A stretch of 41,732 nt of DNA from Candidatus Methylomirabilota bacterium (GTDB lineage Bacteria > Methylomirabilota > Methylomirabilia > Rokubacteriales > CSP1-6), in contig JBKPAK010000129.1 in assembly GCA_046726415.1 (NCBI GenBank), forward strand, positions 1-41,732, given 5' to 3'. Within the stretch, counting starts at the first letter, position 1, and each line of letters starts with the position of its first letter. Of the stretch, positions 1-9,333 are shown one piece after another. The position numbers and the translations under genes are program-made. The notes under the pieces were generated by a model, which was given only the letters and a program-made list of their open reading frames with translations, was not told where the DNA came from and made no database searches.

Positions 1-1260
1 CACCTGCCCCACCGGCAACGAATCACCGCGCCGGAGCGCGTTGAGCTGCCTGATGCGTACGGGGTCGAGGCCAAGAGCCCGTCCGACGCGGTCCATCTGC
101 GATTCGTAGGCGAAGACCATCTGCATGGCGCCGAAACCGCGCATGGCACTGGTAGGCGGGTTGTTCGTGTAGGCCACGCGCGCGTCGACGCGAACGTTCG
201 GCACGCGGTACGGCCCCGCCGCCGTCACCGTGGAGTACAGCAACACGAGGGCCGAGAGATACGCGTAGGCACCGGAGTCCGAGAGCAGGGCGATGTCATG
301 AGCGAGGATTTCGCCGGTGGCGGAGGCCGCCGTCCGGTAGTGCATGACGTACGGATGGCGCTTGGCCCGCGCGAGCAGCGACTCCTGGCGACTCCACACC
401 ATCTTCACGGGCCGGCCCGTCCGGAGGACGAGCAGGCCGAGATACACCTCGACCGTCACGTCCTCCTTGCCACCAAAGCCCCCTCCCAGATAGGTGCCGA
501 TCACGCGCACGCGGTTTTGCGGCACGGCCAGCACCTCGGCCACGTCCCGGAAGTGCTCGATCACCTGCGTGGAGAGGCGGATGGTGATGACACCGTCGGA
601 GTCGAGCCAGGCCACGCCGGATTCGGGCTCGAGATAGCTCGAATCCACGAACTGCGTGCGATACTCGCCCTCCACGACGACGGCCGCGCGCGCTAGCGCC
701 GCCCCCACCTCGCCGCAGGCGACCCGCCAATGGGCGAGCAGATTGCCGCCCTCGTGGACGAGCGGCGCCTCCGGGGCGAGCGCGGCCTCGGGGTCGAACA
801 CGCCGGGCAGCGGCTCGTAGTCGATCTCCACGGCATCTGCGGCGATGCGCGCATCTTCCTCCGTCTCCGCCGCGATCAGGGCCACGGGCTCCCCCTGATG
901 GCGCACGCGATCCTCGGCCAGCACGTGGAGCCGCGCCCGCAGCGGACCGACGGCGGTGGTTTGGCCGGGGACGTCCGTCCACAGCGTGTTTCGCGGGACG
1001 TCGGCCGCCGTCAGTACCGCCACCACGCCCGTCATCGCCGTCGCGCGGGCCGTATTGATCCGTCGGATTCGCGCCGACGCGTATGGCGAGCGGACGACCA
1101 CGGCGTGAAGCATCCCCGGCATCGCCCAGTCCGCGGCATACGCCGTGGCCGCTTGAACCTTATCGCGGGCGTCATGGCGGACCACGGGCTGACCCACCAC
1201 GCGCAGGTTGGGTTGGCCGACCACAGGCAGATCGCGCTCGACCGTACGCAGCTCAACCAT
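1..1260 (-). CDS. Xanthine dehydrogenase family molybdopterin-binding subunit (CoxL/XdhB-like), runs off left edge
   Basis: Not in ORF track; hand translation from ATG at 1260 gives MVELRTVERDLPVVGQPNLRVVGQPVVRHDARDKV..., later GGGFGGKED and YTNNPPTSAMRGFG motifs; overlaps stop of the 2Fe-2S gene. Confidence 0.93.
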   Translation of the reverse strand, partial: MVELRTVERDLPVVGQPNLRVVGQPVVRHDARDKVQAATAYAADWAMPGMLHAVVVRSPYASARIRRINTARATAMTGVVAVLTAADVPRNTLWTDVPGQTTAVGPLRARLHVLAEDRVRHQGEPVALIAAETEEDARIAADAVEIDYEPLPGVFDPEAALAPEAPLVHEGGNLLAHWRVACGEVGAALARAAVVVEGEYRTQFVDSSYLEPESGVAWLDSDGVITIRLSTQVIEHFRDVAEVLAVPQNRVRVIGTYLGGGFGGKEDVTVEVYLGLLVLRTGRPVKMVWSRQESLLARAKRHPYVMHYRTAASATGEILAHDIALLSDSGAYAYLSALVLLYSTVTAAGPYRVPNVRVDARVAYTNNPPTSAMRGFGAMQMVFAYESQMDRVGRALGLDPVRIRQLNALRRGDSLPVGQV

Positions 1261-1723
1261 TGCAGTCCTTCTTGGCCGCGTAGGCCTCGACGGCGTCGAG
1301 GATCCTGGCATAACCCGTGCACCGGCACAGATTGCCGGCCAGCGCGGCGCGGATCGCCTCCCGGTCGGGGTGGGGATGCCGCTCGACAAAGGCCAGCGCG
1401 GTCAGCAACATGCCTGGCGTACAAAAACCGCACTGCACGGCGCCGTGACGGAGAAAGGCTTCCTGAAGGTGATGAAGTCGACCGTCGCGCTCGAGGCCCC
1501 GCAGCGTGACCACGCGCCGACTCCGCACGGTCGCCGTGAGAATCAGGCAACTCGAGATGGGGCGTCCGTCCAGCAGCACAGTGCAGGCGCCGCACACGCC
1601 CTCACCGCAGCCTTCCTTGGCGTCGAAGACGCCGAGCGTATCGCGCAGCGCGCGCAGCAAGGTCTGGCGCGGCGGCACGTCCACCTCTCGCCGCTGGCCG
1701 TTGAGGGTAAAGGTGACGATCAT
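1253..1723 (-). CDS. (2Fe-2S)-binding small subunit (CoxS-like)
   Basis: GCGEGVCGACTVLLDG, QCGFCTPG, GNLCRCTGY motifs. Confidence 0.95.
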   Translation of the reverse strand: MIVTFTLNGQRREVDVPPRQTLLRALRDTLGVFDAKEGCGEGVCGACTVLLDGRPISSCLILTATVRSRRVVTLRGLERDGRLHHLQEAFLRHGAVQCGFCTPGMLLTALAFVERHPHPDREAIRAALAGNLCRCTGYARILDAVEAYAAKKDCNG

Positions 1724-2589
1724 GCGATCTCGAGCGCACGGCCGACCGCCCGGGTGAGCGCGCGTCGACCCAGGACTTCGACGAGAAGCGAGCGGTAGGC
1801 GGCGGAGGCGAACGCGTCGACGTGTGGCTGCACGGCCGCCCGCCCCGTCCGCGCGACCAGCGCGAGGCGCTCCCTGGTCGGCTCCTGACCGATCAGGGCC
1901 TCCTCGGCTTGGGGGATCCTCGAGGGCCGCGGTCCCACGCCAGCGCAGGCGAGGCGCGCATCGTCGACCCGACCGCTCCGATCGATGCTCACGACAGCGG
2001 CGACAGCCACGAGCGCGAAGTCACCCACGCGCCGCGCCAGTTCCTCCACCGCCGTGCCCCGGCTTCGCGTGATCGGGACCTCGATCTGCGTCACCAGCTC
2101 GCTCGGCTCCAGCGCGGTCGTCAGGTACCCGGTGCAGAAATCGCGGGCGGCAACTCGCCGCGTTCCTGCCGCACTTCTGAGGGTCAGCGAGGCGTCGAGG
2201 GCTACCATGGCCAGCGGCAGCTCGGCCGCCGGGTCGGCATGAGCGAGACTGCCTCCGACCGTGCCGAGTGAGCGGACCCGGACGTTGCCGATCAGCCGCG
2301 CGGCCTCGCCGAGCACGGGACAGACTCGGGCGATCTCCAGCGATTCCTCGAGCTCCCAGTAGCGAGTCAGGGCGCCGAGGACGAGGCGGTCACCATGGAC
2401 GCGAATTCCCCCGATGTCGAGTCGATTCAGATCGACGATAACCTGAGGCTGTGCGAGGCGGTAGTTGAGAATCGGGACGAGGCTTTGCCCTCCCGCCAAG
2501 ACCTTGGCCGCCGCGCCGTAGCGGGCGAGGAGACCGAGCGCGTCGTCCAGCGTCCCCGGGTCTGCGTACTCCAAGGATTGCGACGGCAC
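1720..2589 (-). CDS. FAD-binding medium subunit (CoxM/CutM-like)
   Basis: LAGGQSLVP, GTVGGSLAHADPAAELP, RRVGDFALV motifs; ATGA overlap with small subunit. Confidence 0.95.
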   Translation of the reverse strand: MPSQSLEYADPGTLDDALGLLARYGAAAKVLAGGQSLVPILNYRLAQPQVIVDLNRLDIGGIRVHGDRLVLGALTRYWELEESLEIARVCPVLGEAARLIGNVRVRSLGTVGGSLAHADPAAELPLAMVALDASLTLRSAAGTRRVAARDFCTGYLTTALEPSELVTQIEVPITRSRGTAVEELARRVGDFALVAVAAVVSIDRSGRVDDARLACAGVGPRPSRIPQAEEALIGQEPTRERLALVARTGRAAVQPHVDAFASAAYRSLLVEVLGRRALTRAVGRALEIA

Positions 2590-2596
2590 CAGTCGA

Positions 2597-3379
2597 TCAC
2601 ACGTCCCAGCCGCCGTCGACGGTGACCGACTGGCCGGTCATGTTGCGCGAGTCGTCGGAGGCCAGGAAGCACACGGCGTTAGCAATGTCCTGGGCCGCCG
2701 TCACGCGGCGCAAGGCCATCTCGTCGACATACTCCTGGTACACCTGCTCGGGCGTCCAGCCGCGCTTCGTCGCCTTTTCCCGGCACAGCTTGTCCATGCG
2801 GTCGCCGCCGACGATACCTGGGTGCACGGCATTGACATTGATGTTGTGGGGTCCCACCTCGAGGGCCACCGTCCGCGTGAAGCCACGAAGCGCCCACTTC
2901 GACGCGGAGTAGGCGGCGCGGTTCTTGTAACCGCGCAGGCCCGAGGTGCCGCTGATGTTGACGATCTTGCCGTAGCGCTGCGCGATCATCGACGGCAGCA
3001 CGTGCTTGGTGGGCAGGAACGTTCCCTTGAGATTGGTGGCGAGCACGGTATCCCAGTCCTTCTCGTCGATCTCCCACACAGGCGTCTCGATGGGACCGGT
3101 GATGCCCGCGGCGTTGACCAGGATGTCGATCCGCCCAAAGGTGCTCAGCACCCGTGCGACCAATGCCTTGACGGCATGGTCGTCGGTGACGTCCGTCGGC
3201 TGCACCAGCGTCCGGCGGCCGAGCGCTTCGACCTCACGGGCCAGGTGCTCCAGCGGACTCGCCTCCCGCGCGGCGAGCACCAGATGAGCCCCCGCGTGGG
3301 CCAGGGTCCGACAGATCTCGTATCCCATTCCCTTGGCAGCGCCGGTCACGATCGCGATGCGATCCTTCAGATCCTTCAT
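2597..3379 (-). CDS. SDR family oxidoreductase
   Basis: Start reassigned to MKDLKDRIAIVTGAAKGMG; NAAG, YSASK, VDGG. Confidence 0.93.
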   Translation of the reverse strand: MKDLKDRIAIVTGAAKGMGYEICRTLAHAGAHLVLAAREASPLEHLAREVEALGRRTLVQPTDVTDDHAVKALVARVLSTFGRIDILVNAAGITGPIETPVWEIDEKDWDTVLATNLKGTFLPTKHVLPSMIAQRYGKIVNISGTSGLRGYKNRAAYSASKWALRGFTRTVALEVGPHNINVNAVHPGIVGGDRMDKLCREKATKRGWTPEQVYQEYVDEMALRRVTAAQDIANAVCFLASDDSRNMTGQSVTVDGGWDV

Positions 3380-3794
3380 ATGTATCCTTCCCCGCGCCAC
3401 TCGGGTGGACGCGCCGCGGACGACCCGTAGCCCCCGCCTCCCGCAAGTCTCCACCAGCACCAGATCCCCCGGCGGAGCCGAATCGCTTCCTTCCCAGCGA
3501 CGGTGCGGGCGGCGCGGGGACCCGGGTTCAGGGTGACGCGGAAGGGCCATCCGTCGCGCCCACCGAGGGCGCCCACGGAGCGACCGCTCGCTGTTCGAGC
3601 ATGCTCAGGATGAGGTCCATCGCCTCCCGATCGAGTCCGGCGGCGCTAACGAGTCGCACCGGAGAGATGCGCACGCCTTCCCGCTCGACGATGGCGTTGG
3701 TCGCGACCGTGGTGCCGTGATCGGGTCAGGTCAAGTGGCCCGCCCGCGCCGCGAGGATGGCCAGACCGTGCTCGACGCCATCGGCGGGACGCAT
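3376..3794 (-). pseudogene. Collapsed hydantoinase/5-oxoprolinase (HyuA + HyuB) remnant
   Basis: Minus-strand patches HGTTVATNAIVER (HyuA N-terminal motif), EGVRISPVRL...MDLILS (HyuB mid motif) and GALGGRDG...GDLVLVETC / GGGGYG...EGYI* (HyuB C-terminus), with stop and frameshifts. Confidence 0.8.
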
Positions 3795-4826
3795 TTACTT
3801 GGGAACGATATTGGCGTTGAACCACTCCTTCCAGGCGGGCAGCATCTTGGCGCGCGTCTCGTCGTCGATGATGTAACCGCGCTCCTTCCACTCGGACGCT
3901 GTGGAGAAGACGCCGGGCTGCCCCTTGAGCTTGGCCGGGACGATCGCTTTCAGGTTCGTCGGGCCCGCCTTGAACGTCGCGGCCAGCTGCTCCTGAATTT
4001 CTTTGGACAGAGCCAGATCGATGAACTGATAGGCGGCGTCGGCTTTCTTGGTGCCGGCCATGATGGCCATGCAGTCGATGCCGACGATGCCCGGGCGGTC
4101 CGTCGGCTGGACAACCTTCACATTCAACCCCTGGTCGATGAGGTGATACGCATTGATCGACAGCATGACCTGGACCGGGGCCTCCCCGGTTTTCATGAGG
4201 TCCTGACTGCGGGCGTCGGTGGAGAAGAACGCGGCGATGTTCGGCTTGAGGCGCTTGAGCCGTTCCTGGCCCTTCTGCCACGTGGTCTCGTTGCCACCCT
4301 CCAGAAGCGCGCTGATCACGATGATGTGCGAAGGATCGAAGTCGGGCATGGCAATCTTGCCCTTGAGCCGCGGGTCCCAGAGGTCGGCCCACTTCGCAAT
4401 CTCCGCGCCGCCCGCGAGGTCCGGCCGATAGGCGATGGTGTAGACATACGACCAGGCGCCCAGATGCGAATCGCTCCTGATGGCCTCGCGGGCGAGGTCG
4501 CCGCTGCTGGGAATCTTGCCCAGATCGAGCTTCTGGAAGAGCCCGTCCGACATGTAGAGGCGGCCCACGTGCGAGGTGGTCAACGTGACGTCGACCAGCG
4601 GTGCTCCCTTGGAGACGCGAGCCTTGGCCAGTCGGTCGAGCGTTCCGCCGACCTCGAACTCCACGGGGATCGCCGTCTTGGCTGTGAACGGCTTGGCGAT
4701 CACGCGGTCCACGGTATCCTTCCAGTTACCGCCCCATGAACTGACGACGAGCGGCTCGGCGGCACCCGCGCGCGAGGTGGGGATGGCCAGGGTCGCCAGG
4801 CCCGAGACGAACGTCCGTCTGCGCAT
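3795..4826 (-). CDS. ABC transporter extracellular solute-binding protein (PotD/PotF-like), probable Tat substrate
   Basis: AGGAGG RBS then MRRRTFVSGL twin-arginine signal; SSWGG, WADLWDPRLKGKI motifs. Confidence 0.88.
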   Translation of the reverse strand: MRRRTFVSGLATLAIPTSRAGAAEPLVVSSWGGNWKDTVDRVIAKPFTAKTAIPVEFEVGGTLDRLAKARVSKGAPLVDVTLTTSHVGRLYMSDGLFQKLDLGKIPSSGDLAREAIRSDSHLGAWSYVYTIAYRPDLAGGAEIAKWADLWDPRLKGKIAMPDFDPSHIIVISALLEGGNETTWQKGQERLKRLKPNIAAFFSTDARSQDLMKTGEAPVQVMLSINAYHLIDQGLNVKVVQPTDRPGIVGIDCMAIMAGTKKADAAYQFIDLALSKEIQEQLAATFKAGPTNLKAIVPAKLKGQPGVFSTASEWKERGYIIDDETRAKMLPAWKEWFNANIVPK

Positions 4827-4920
4827 CGATAAGTCCTCCTTGAGGCCCACGCGACGTTGCGACCAGGCGGGATGATGGCGGACTTTAGCGCACCCCCCTT
4901 CCCCGCGCAAGCGGTGCCCC

Positions 4921-6717
4921 CTATCGGTAGAGCTCATCGAGGGCGGCGCGATACTTCTCGGCCACGACTTTGCGCTTCACCTTAAGGGTGGGCGTCAGCT
5001 CGCCGCCCTCCTGGGTGAAATCGGCGGCCAGGACGGAGAACTTCTTCACCTTGGCGTACGACTGGAGCTGGGTGTTCTTCTCCTCTACCGTGCGCGCCAC
5101 GCGCTGCACCACCGTGGGATGTTTGGCCAGGACGGCCGGATCGGTGGCCAGGATGCCGTGGTGGCGAGCGAACTTCGACAGCTCGTCGGGATTCACCGTG
5201 ATGAGCGCCACCGGGTAGGGTCGGCGATCGCCGTAGACCATCGCCTGACTGATGAACGGGTCGACCTTGAGCAGGTTCTCGATGTTCTGGGGCGCGATGT
5301 TCATGCCGCCCGCGGTCACGATGAGGTCCTTCTTGCGGTCGGTGATGTAGAGGAAACCGTCGTCGTCGAGGCGTCCGATGTCGCCGCTGTGAAACCAGCC
5401 GCTCGGCTCGAAGACCTCCGCGGTGGCCTCGGGTTGTTTGTAGTAGCCGCGGGTGGCCACGTTGGCCCCACGGATCAGAATCTCGCCGTCCGGCGCGATC
5501 TTCAGCTCCACGCCGGCGAGGGCCTGGCCCACCGAACCGAACCGGTAGTTATCAGGGCGATTGAAGGTCGCCGCCGGGCATGTCTCGGTGAGGCCGTATC
5601 CCTCCAGGATGAGGATTCCCGCGGCGTGGAAGAACTCGGCGATCTCGCGGGCCAGCGGAGCGCCGCCGGACACCGCCCACTGGAGCCGCCCGCCGAGGGC
5701 GGCCTGCAGCTTCGAGAAGACGAGCTTGTGGGCGAGTCGCCGCTTGAATTCCAAGATCGTGGGAATTGGCTTGCCCCGCTGCTGTAGCCGGCTGATCTCG
5801 CGTCCGACGCCGAGCGCCCAGTGGAAGATCCGCCGCTTGGCTGGTGAGCCGGCCTCGACGCCCGCGAGGATCCTTCCGTACACCTTCTCGAAGACCCTCG
5901 GCACGCTGAAGATGAAGTGAGGGCGGACTTCGCGCAGATTCTCGCCGAGCTTGTCGAAGCTCTCCGCGAAGGCCGTCGTCAGGTTTCGGTGAACGCCGCT
6001 GAACGCCTCCAGGCGCCCGAAGGAATGGGCGAGGGGCAGGAATAGCAGGTGCACCCACCGCGCCTCTATCGGCGTGGTCTGCTTCGAAGAGTTGAGGGCA
6101 GCCATGTGGTTGCCGTGGGTCTGGACCACCCCCTTCGGCGGCCCTGTGGTGCCGGAGGTGTAGACGAGGGTGGCGATGTCCTCGGGCTGGGTGGTGGCCA
6201 CACGCTCGGCCAACGTGCTGCCGTGGACCTCGGCATGATCCCGACCGAGGCGGCGCAGGACGTCCCACGTCATGACGATCTTCGGTGGCTCCGGCGCTCC
6301 GTAGCCCGTCATCACGATGATCTGCTCGAGGTCCTGTATGCCGTTGCGCGCCCCCAGAACCTTGGCGAGCTGCAGGGGATCCTCCACGATCAGCGTCTTG
6401 GCGCCCGAATCGTTGACGACGTAGGCGATCAGATCTGGCGGATAGCTCGGGTAAATCGGCACCGTGACGCATCCCGCGCTCAAGATGGCGAAGTCGGCCT
6501 GGACCCACTCCGCTCGACTTGTCGAGAGCAGTCCCACCGCATCGCCCTTGTCCCGGCCGAGGGCGATCAGCCCGAGCGCCACCTCCCGCACGATCTCACC
6601 GACTTCTCGCCAGCTCAGCGTGAGCCACTCCGCTCCATGCTTGAACTGCTGGGCGGGCATCGCGCCGTTCGCTTCCACTCGGCTCCAGAACATCCCGGCC
6701 AGGGTGTCTGCGGCCAT
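4921..6717 (-). CDS. fadD: Long-chain fatty acid--CoA ligase
   Basis: YTSGTTGPPKG, GYGLTET, GWFHSGDIG, DRKKD, LTPTLKVKR; RBS before MAADTL. Confidence 0.92.
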   Translation of the reverse strand: MAADTLAGMFWSRVEANGAMPAQQFKHGAEWLTLSWREVGEIVREVALGLIALGRDKGDAVGLLSTSRAEWVQADFAILSAGCVTVPIYPSYPPDLIAYVVNDSGAKTLIVEDPLQLAKVLGARNGIQDLEQIIVMTGYGAPEPPKIVMTWDVLRRLGRDHAEVHGSTLAERVATTQPEDIATLVYTSGTTGPPKGVVQTHGNHMAALNSSKQTTPIEARWVHLLFLPLAHSFGRLEAFSGVHRNLTTAFAESFDKLGENLREVRPHFIFSVPRVFEKVYGRILAGVEAGSPAKRRIFHWALGVGREISRLQQRGKPIPTILEFKRRLAHKLVFSKLQAALGGRLQWAVSGGAPLAREIAEFFHAAGILILEGYGLTETCPAATFNRPDNYRFGSVGQALAGVELKIAPDGEILIRGANVATRGYYKQPEATAEVFEPSGWFHSGDIGRLDDDGFLYITDRKKDLIVTAGGMNIAPQNIENLLKVDPFISQAMVYGDRRPYPVALITVNPDELSKFARHHGILATDPAVLAKHPTVVQRVARTVEEKNTQLQSYAKVKKFSVLAADFTQEGGELTPTLKVKRKVVAEKYRAALDELYR

Positions 6718-6917
6718 CGCCTTCCTCCTCATCGTTGGGCAGGAATAGCCATGTTCTCGTGAATTTTGGACCCTACCATCGGCGACCTGACGCAGTGCAA
6801 TAATCTTCTTGCAGTGGGCTAACGCGATGCGTTATCCTCGAGCCTATGGAGCGCCAGGGGAAACGGCGGTCGAGCACACGTCGCTCACATGATAGGCCAA
6901 CGAAGGAGGAACCAGCC

Positions 6918-7310
6918 ATGCAGCAGCAACCGAACCCCAACGAAATGTACAGCCAGTTTGCGGGCAAGACGGTGGAGACGGTCAGCCTGTGGGCGGAGGC
7001 GAACCAGCGCATCATGAAGGAGATCGGCGACTTCACGGCGGGCACGGCCAAGGAAGGCGTCCGCCTCTACGCCGAGATCCAGCAGAACGCGGTCAAGGCG
7101 CTGAGCGAAGTGCCGACCACCCTGCCCTGGCAGCCGGGAGCCTGGCAGGAGGGCTACCAGAAAGCCTTCAAGCTCTTCGAGGGAAACATCCAGGCGGTTA
7201 CCCGATCAGCCGAGCGGTGGCAAACCGCGGCCGAGCAGGCCGGCAAGGGAATCCAGGAAGCCCTTTCGGCAGTAGCCGAAAAGTTCAAGGGCTCTTATAC
7301 CCAGAATTGA
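6918..7310 (+). CDS. Phasin-like PHA granule-associated protein
   Basis: GGAGGA RBS; 130-aa Ala/Gln/Glu-rich helical protein next to phaR; family call inferred from context. Confidence 0.6.
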   Translation: MQQQPNPNEMYSQFAGKTVETVSLWAEANQRIMKEIGDFTAGTAKEGVRLYAEIQQNAVKALSEVPTTLPWQPGAWQEGYQKAFKLFEGNIQAVTRSAERWQTAAEQAGKGIQEALSAVAEKFKGSYTQN

Positions 7311-7347
7311 GCAAGGCAGCGGTGAGGGCGTGGCGTGGGCCGCGCCT

Positions 7348-7857
7348 TCACTTGGCCTCGGTCTTCCGCTTCTCCAGGCGCTCCTCGAGGGCTCGCAGTC
7401 GCTCCCGCAGGAGCGCCACTTCCTCCCGGAGTTTCTCGGCTTCGCGCGGGCGGTCGGACGCCTCCGGCTCGCTCCGCGATTCCGCCCGCGGCATCGCGCC
7501 GCCCCAGCCGGCGCGCGCGGCCCACTCCCGGAAGACGCGATCCATCTCTCGCTGGCTGCCGGTGACGTTCTCCAGACTGCTTCTGAGTGAGCGCTGGATG
7601 AAGTCCTGCCAGGCTTCTCCATGCTTGATGAGCTGGTGGAGGAACGCGGCCGGCAGATTGCCGCGATGGGTCCGCTCGGCCTCGAGGATGATCTGGGTGA
7701 GCGTGACCGACGTGAGATCTTCGCCGGACGCGGCGTCGACCACGGAGACCTCTCGGCCCGCGCGGATCATCTCCTCGATCTCGTCGAGGGTGACGTAGCG
7801 GCTTTCCTGCGTGTCATACAGCTTGCGATTCGAGTAGCGCTTGATGACGTAGGCCAT
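7348..7857 (-). CDS. phaR: PHA synthesis regulator PhaR
   Basis: [20 protein letters not shown]...[15 protein letters not shown] signature. Confidence 0.92.
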   Translation of the reverse strand: MAYVIKRYSNRKLYDTQESRYVTLDEIEEMIRAGREVSVVDAASGEDLTSVTLTQIILEAERTHRGNLPAAFLHQLIKHGEAWQDFIQRSLRSSLENVTGSQREMDRVFREWAARAGWGGAMPRAESRSEPEASDRPREAEKLREEVALLRERLRALEERLEKRKTEAK

Positions 7858-7974
7858 GCCCTTGCTTCCCTCCGCATCGCCGCGGACGTCGCGGTGAGTC
7901 TAACACTGCGCGTCAAGGGCGACAAGGGCGCGCGTGCTAAACTGGCGACTTCACAACCCGCAGGAGGCACTCCG

Positions 7975-8718
7975 ATGAAGCTCACAGGCCGGACGGCGCT
8001 CATCACTGGTGGTTCGCGCGGAATCGGGCGCGCCATCGCTCTCGCCCTCGCCGAAGAGGGCGCCGACGTGGCCATCAACTACGTCTCCAGCGAGGCCGCG
8101 GCGCGCGAAGTGGCGGAGGGGGCCCAGAAGATGGGGCGGCGGGCTATCCTCGCTCAGGCCGACGTCGCGGACTACCCCGACACCTTTCGGATGGCTCAGC
8201 AGGTTTTGCAGGAATTCGGCCACCTGGACATCCTGGTGAACAACGCAGGCATCAACTCCGACAAGACGTTCGTCAAGATGGATCATGCCTCGTGGCGAAA
8301 GGTGCTGGCCATCAACCTCGACGGCGTCTTCAACTGCACCAAGGTCTTCCTCGACCAGATGCTCAAGCAAAACTATGGCCGCGTGGTCAACATCACCTCG
8401 GTCATCGGGCAGATCGGCAACTTTGGCCAGGCGAACTATGCCGCCTCCAAGGCCGGCGTGGCCGCCTTCACCAAATCGCTGGCCAAGGAGCTGGCCGGCA
8501 AGGGCATCACCGTGAACGCGGTGGCGCCGGGATTCATCGAGACGGAGATGGTCGACAGCATCCCAGAGCGCGTCCGCAACAAGCTGCTCGACCAGATTCC
8601 CCTCAAGCGATTCGGGCGAGTCGAAGAAGTTGGTCGCTCCGTGATCTTCATCGTCTCCTCCGACGGCGACTACATCACGGGCGCGGAGCTGTCGATCAAC
8701 GGCGGTCTGCTGATGTAG
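7975..8718 (+). CDS. phaB: Acetoacetyl-CoA reductase (PhaB/FabG-type SDR)
   Basis: [46 protein letters not shown] context. Confidence 0.85.
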   Translation: MKLTGRTALITGGSRGIGRAIALALAEEGADVAINYVSSEAAAREVAEGAQKMGRRAILAQADVADYPDTFRMAQQVLQEFGHLDILVNNAGINSDKTFVKMDHASWRKVLAINLDGVFNCTKVFLDQMLKQNYGRVVNITSVIGQIGNFGQANYAASKAGVAAFTKSLAKELAGKGITVNAVAPGFIETEMVDSIPERVRNKLLDQIPLKRFGRVEEVGRSVIFIVSSDGDYITGAELSINGGLLM

Positions 8719-8737
8719 GTGCGCGGCGGCCTCGGCC

Positions 8738-9292
8738 TCAGGCCCGACGCCCGGCCGCGGCCAGCATGGAAAGACTGAGCGTTCCCCAGAAGGTCAGGGC
8801 CTGGGCGGCGAATTTCCACGGCTGCAGCGCGAGCGCGGCCAGTGGGGCCCGTTCCGCCTCCTCGTAGACAATCGCCGTCCGCGACGGCATCACCCAGGCC
8901 TCTCCGGACAGCACCTCCTCGCCCCGCTGGTTCGTACAGACCGTCACCAGGCGCATGCGATTGCGCTCCCGGATGACTTCCGCCACTTCGACCCGCGCAT
9001 TGATGGTGTCGCCGAACATCACGGGCCTGATGAACTTGAGACTCTGCGAGAGGTAGATGGCGCCGGGGCCGGGCAGCTGGGTGCCGATCACCGCCGAGAT
9101 GAGGCCCGCCGTAAAGATGCCGGGAGCGATCGGCGTCTTGAACATGGTCGTGGCCGCGTACGCGGGATCGCTGTGGACAGGATTGTGATCGCCGACGGCC
9201 TCGACGAAGTGGGCTACATCACCGCTCTCCACGACGCGGGTGATCTGCGCCACGTCCCCCCGCGCAACTTCGGCGATCGTCTTTCCGATCAC
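8738..9292 (-). CDS. phaJ: MaoC-family (R)-specific enoyl-CoA hydratase
   Basis: GDHNPVH hydratase motif, LPGPGAIYLSQSLKF; PHA context. Confidence 0.85.
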   Translation of the reverse strand: MIGKTIAEVARGDVAQITRVVESGDVAHFVEAVGDHNPVHSDPAYAATTMFKTPIAPGIFTAGLISAVIGTQLPGPGAIYLSQSLKFIRPVMFGDTINARVEVAEVIRERNRMRLVTVCTNQRGEEVLSGEAWVMPSRTAIVYEEAERAPLAALALQPWKFAAQALTFWGTLSLSMLAAAGRRA

Positions 9293-9333
9293 CGGGTGCC
9301 TTCCCGTGGGATCGCCGGTCCGATCACCGGGTG
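9284..9333. repeat. 15-bp direct repeat TCCGATCACCGGGTG (9284-9298, 9319-9333)
   Basis: Two exact copies with 35-bp period. Confidence 0.9.

Noticed and set aside
1-2589. Aerobic CO dehydrogenase (coxMSL)
   Set aside because: Active-site loop is AMRGFG, not AYRCSFR (form I) or AYRGAGR (form II)
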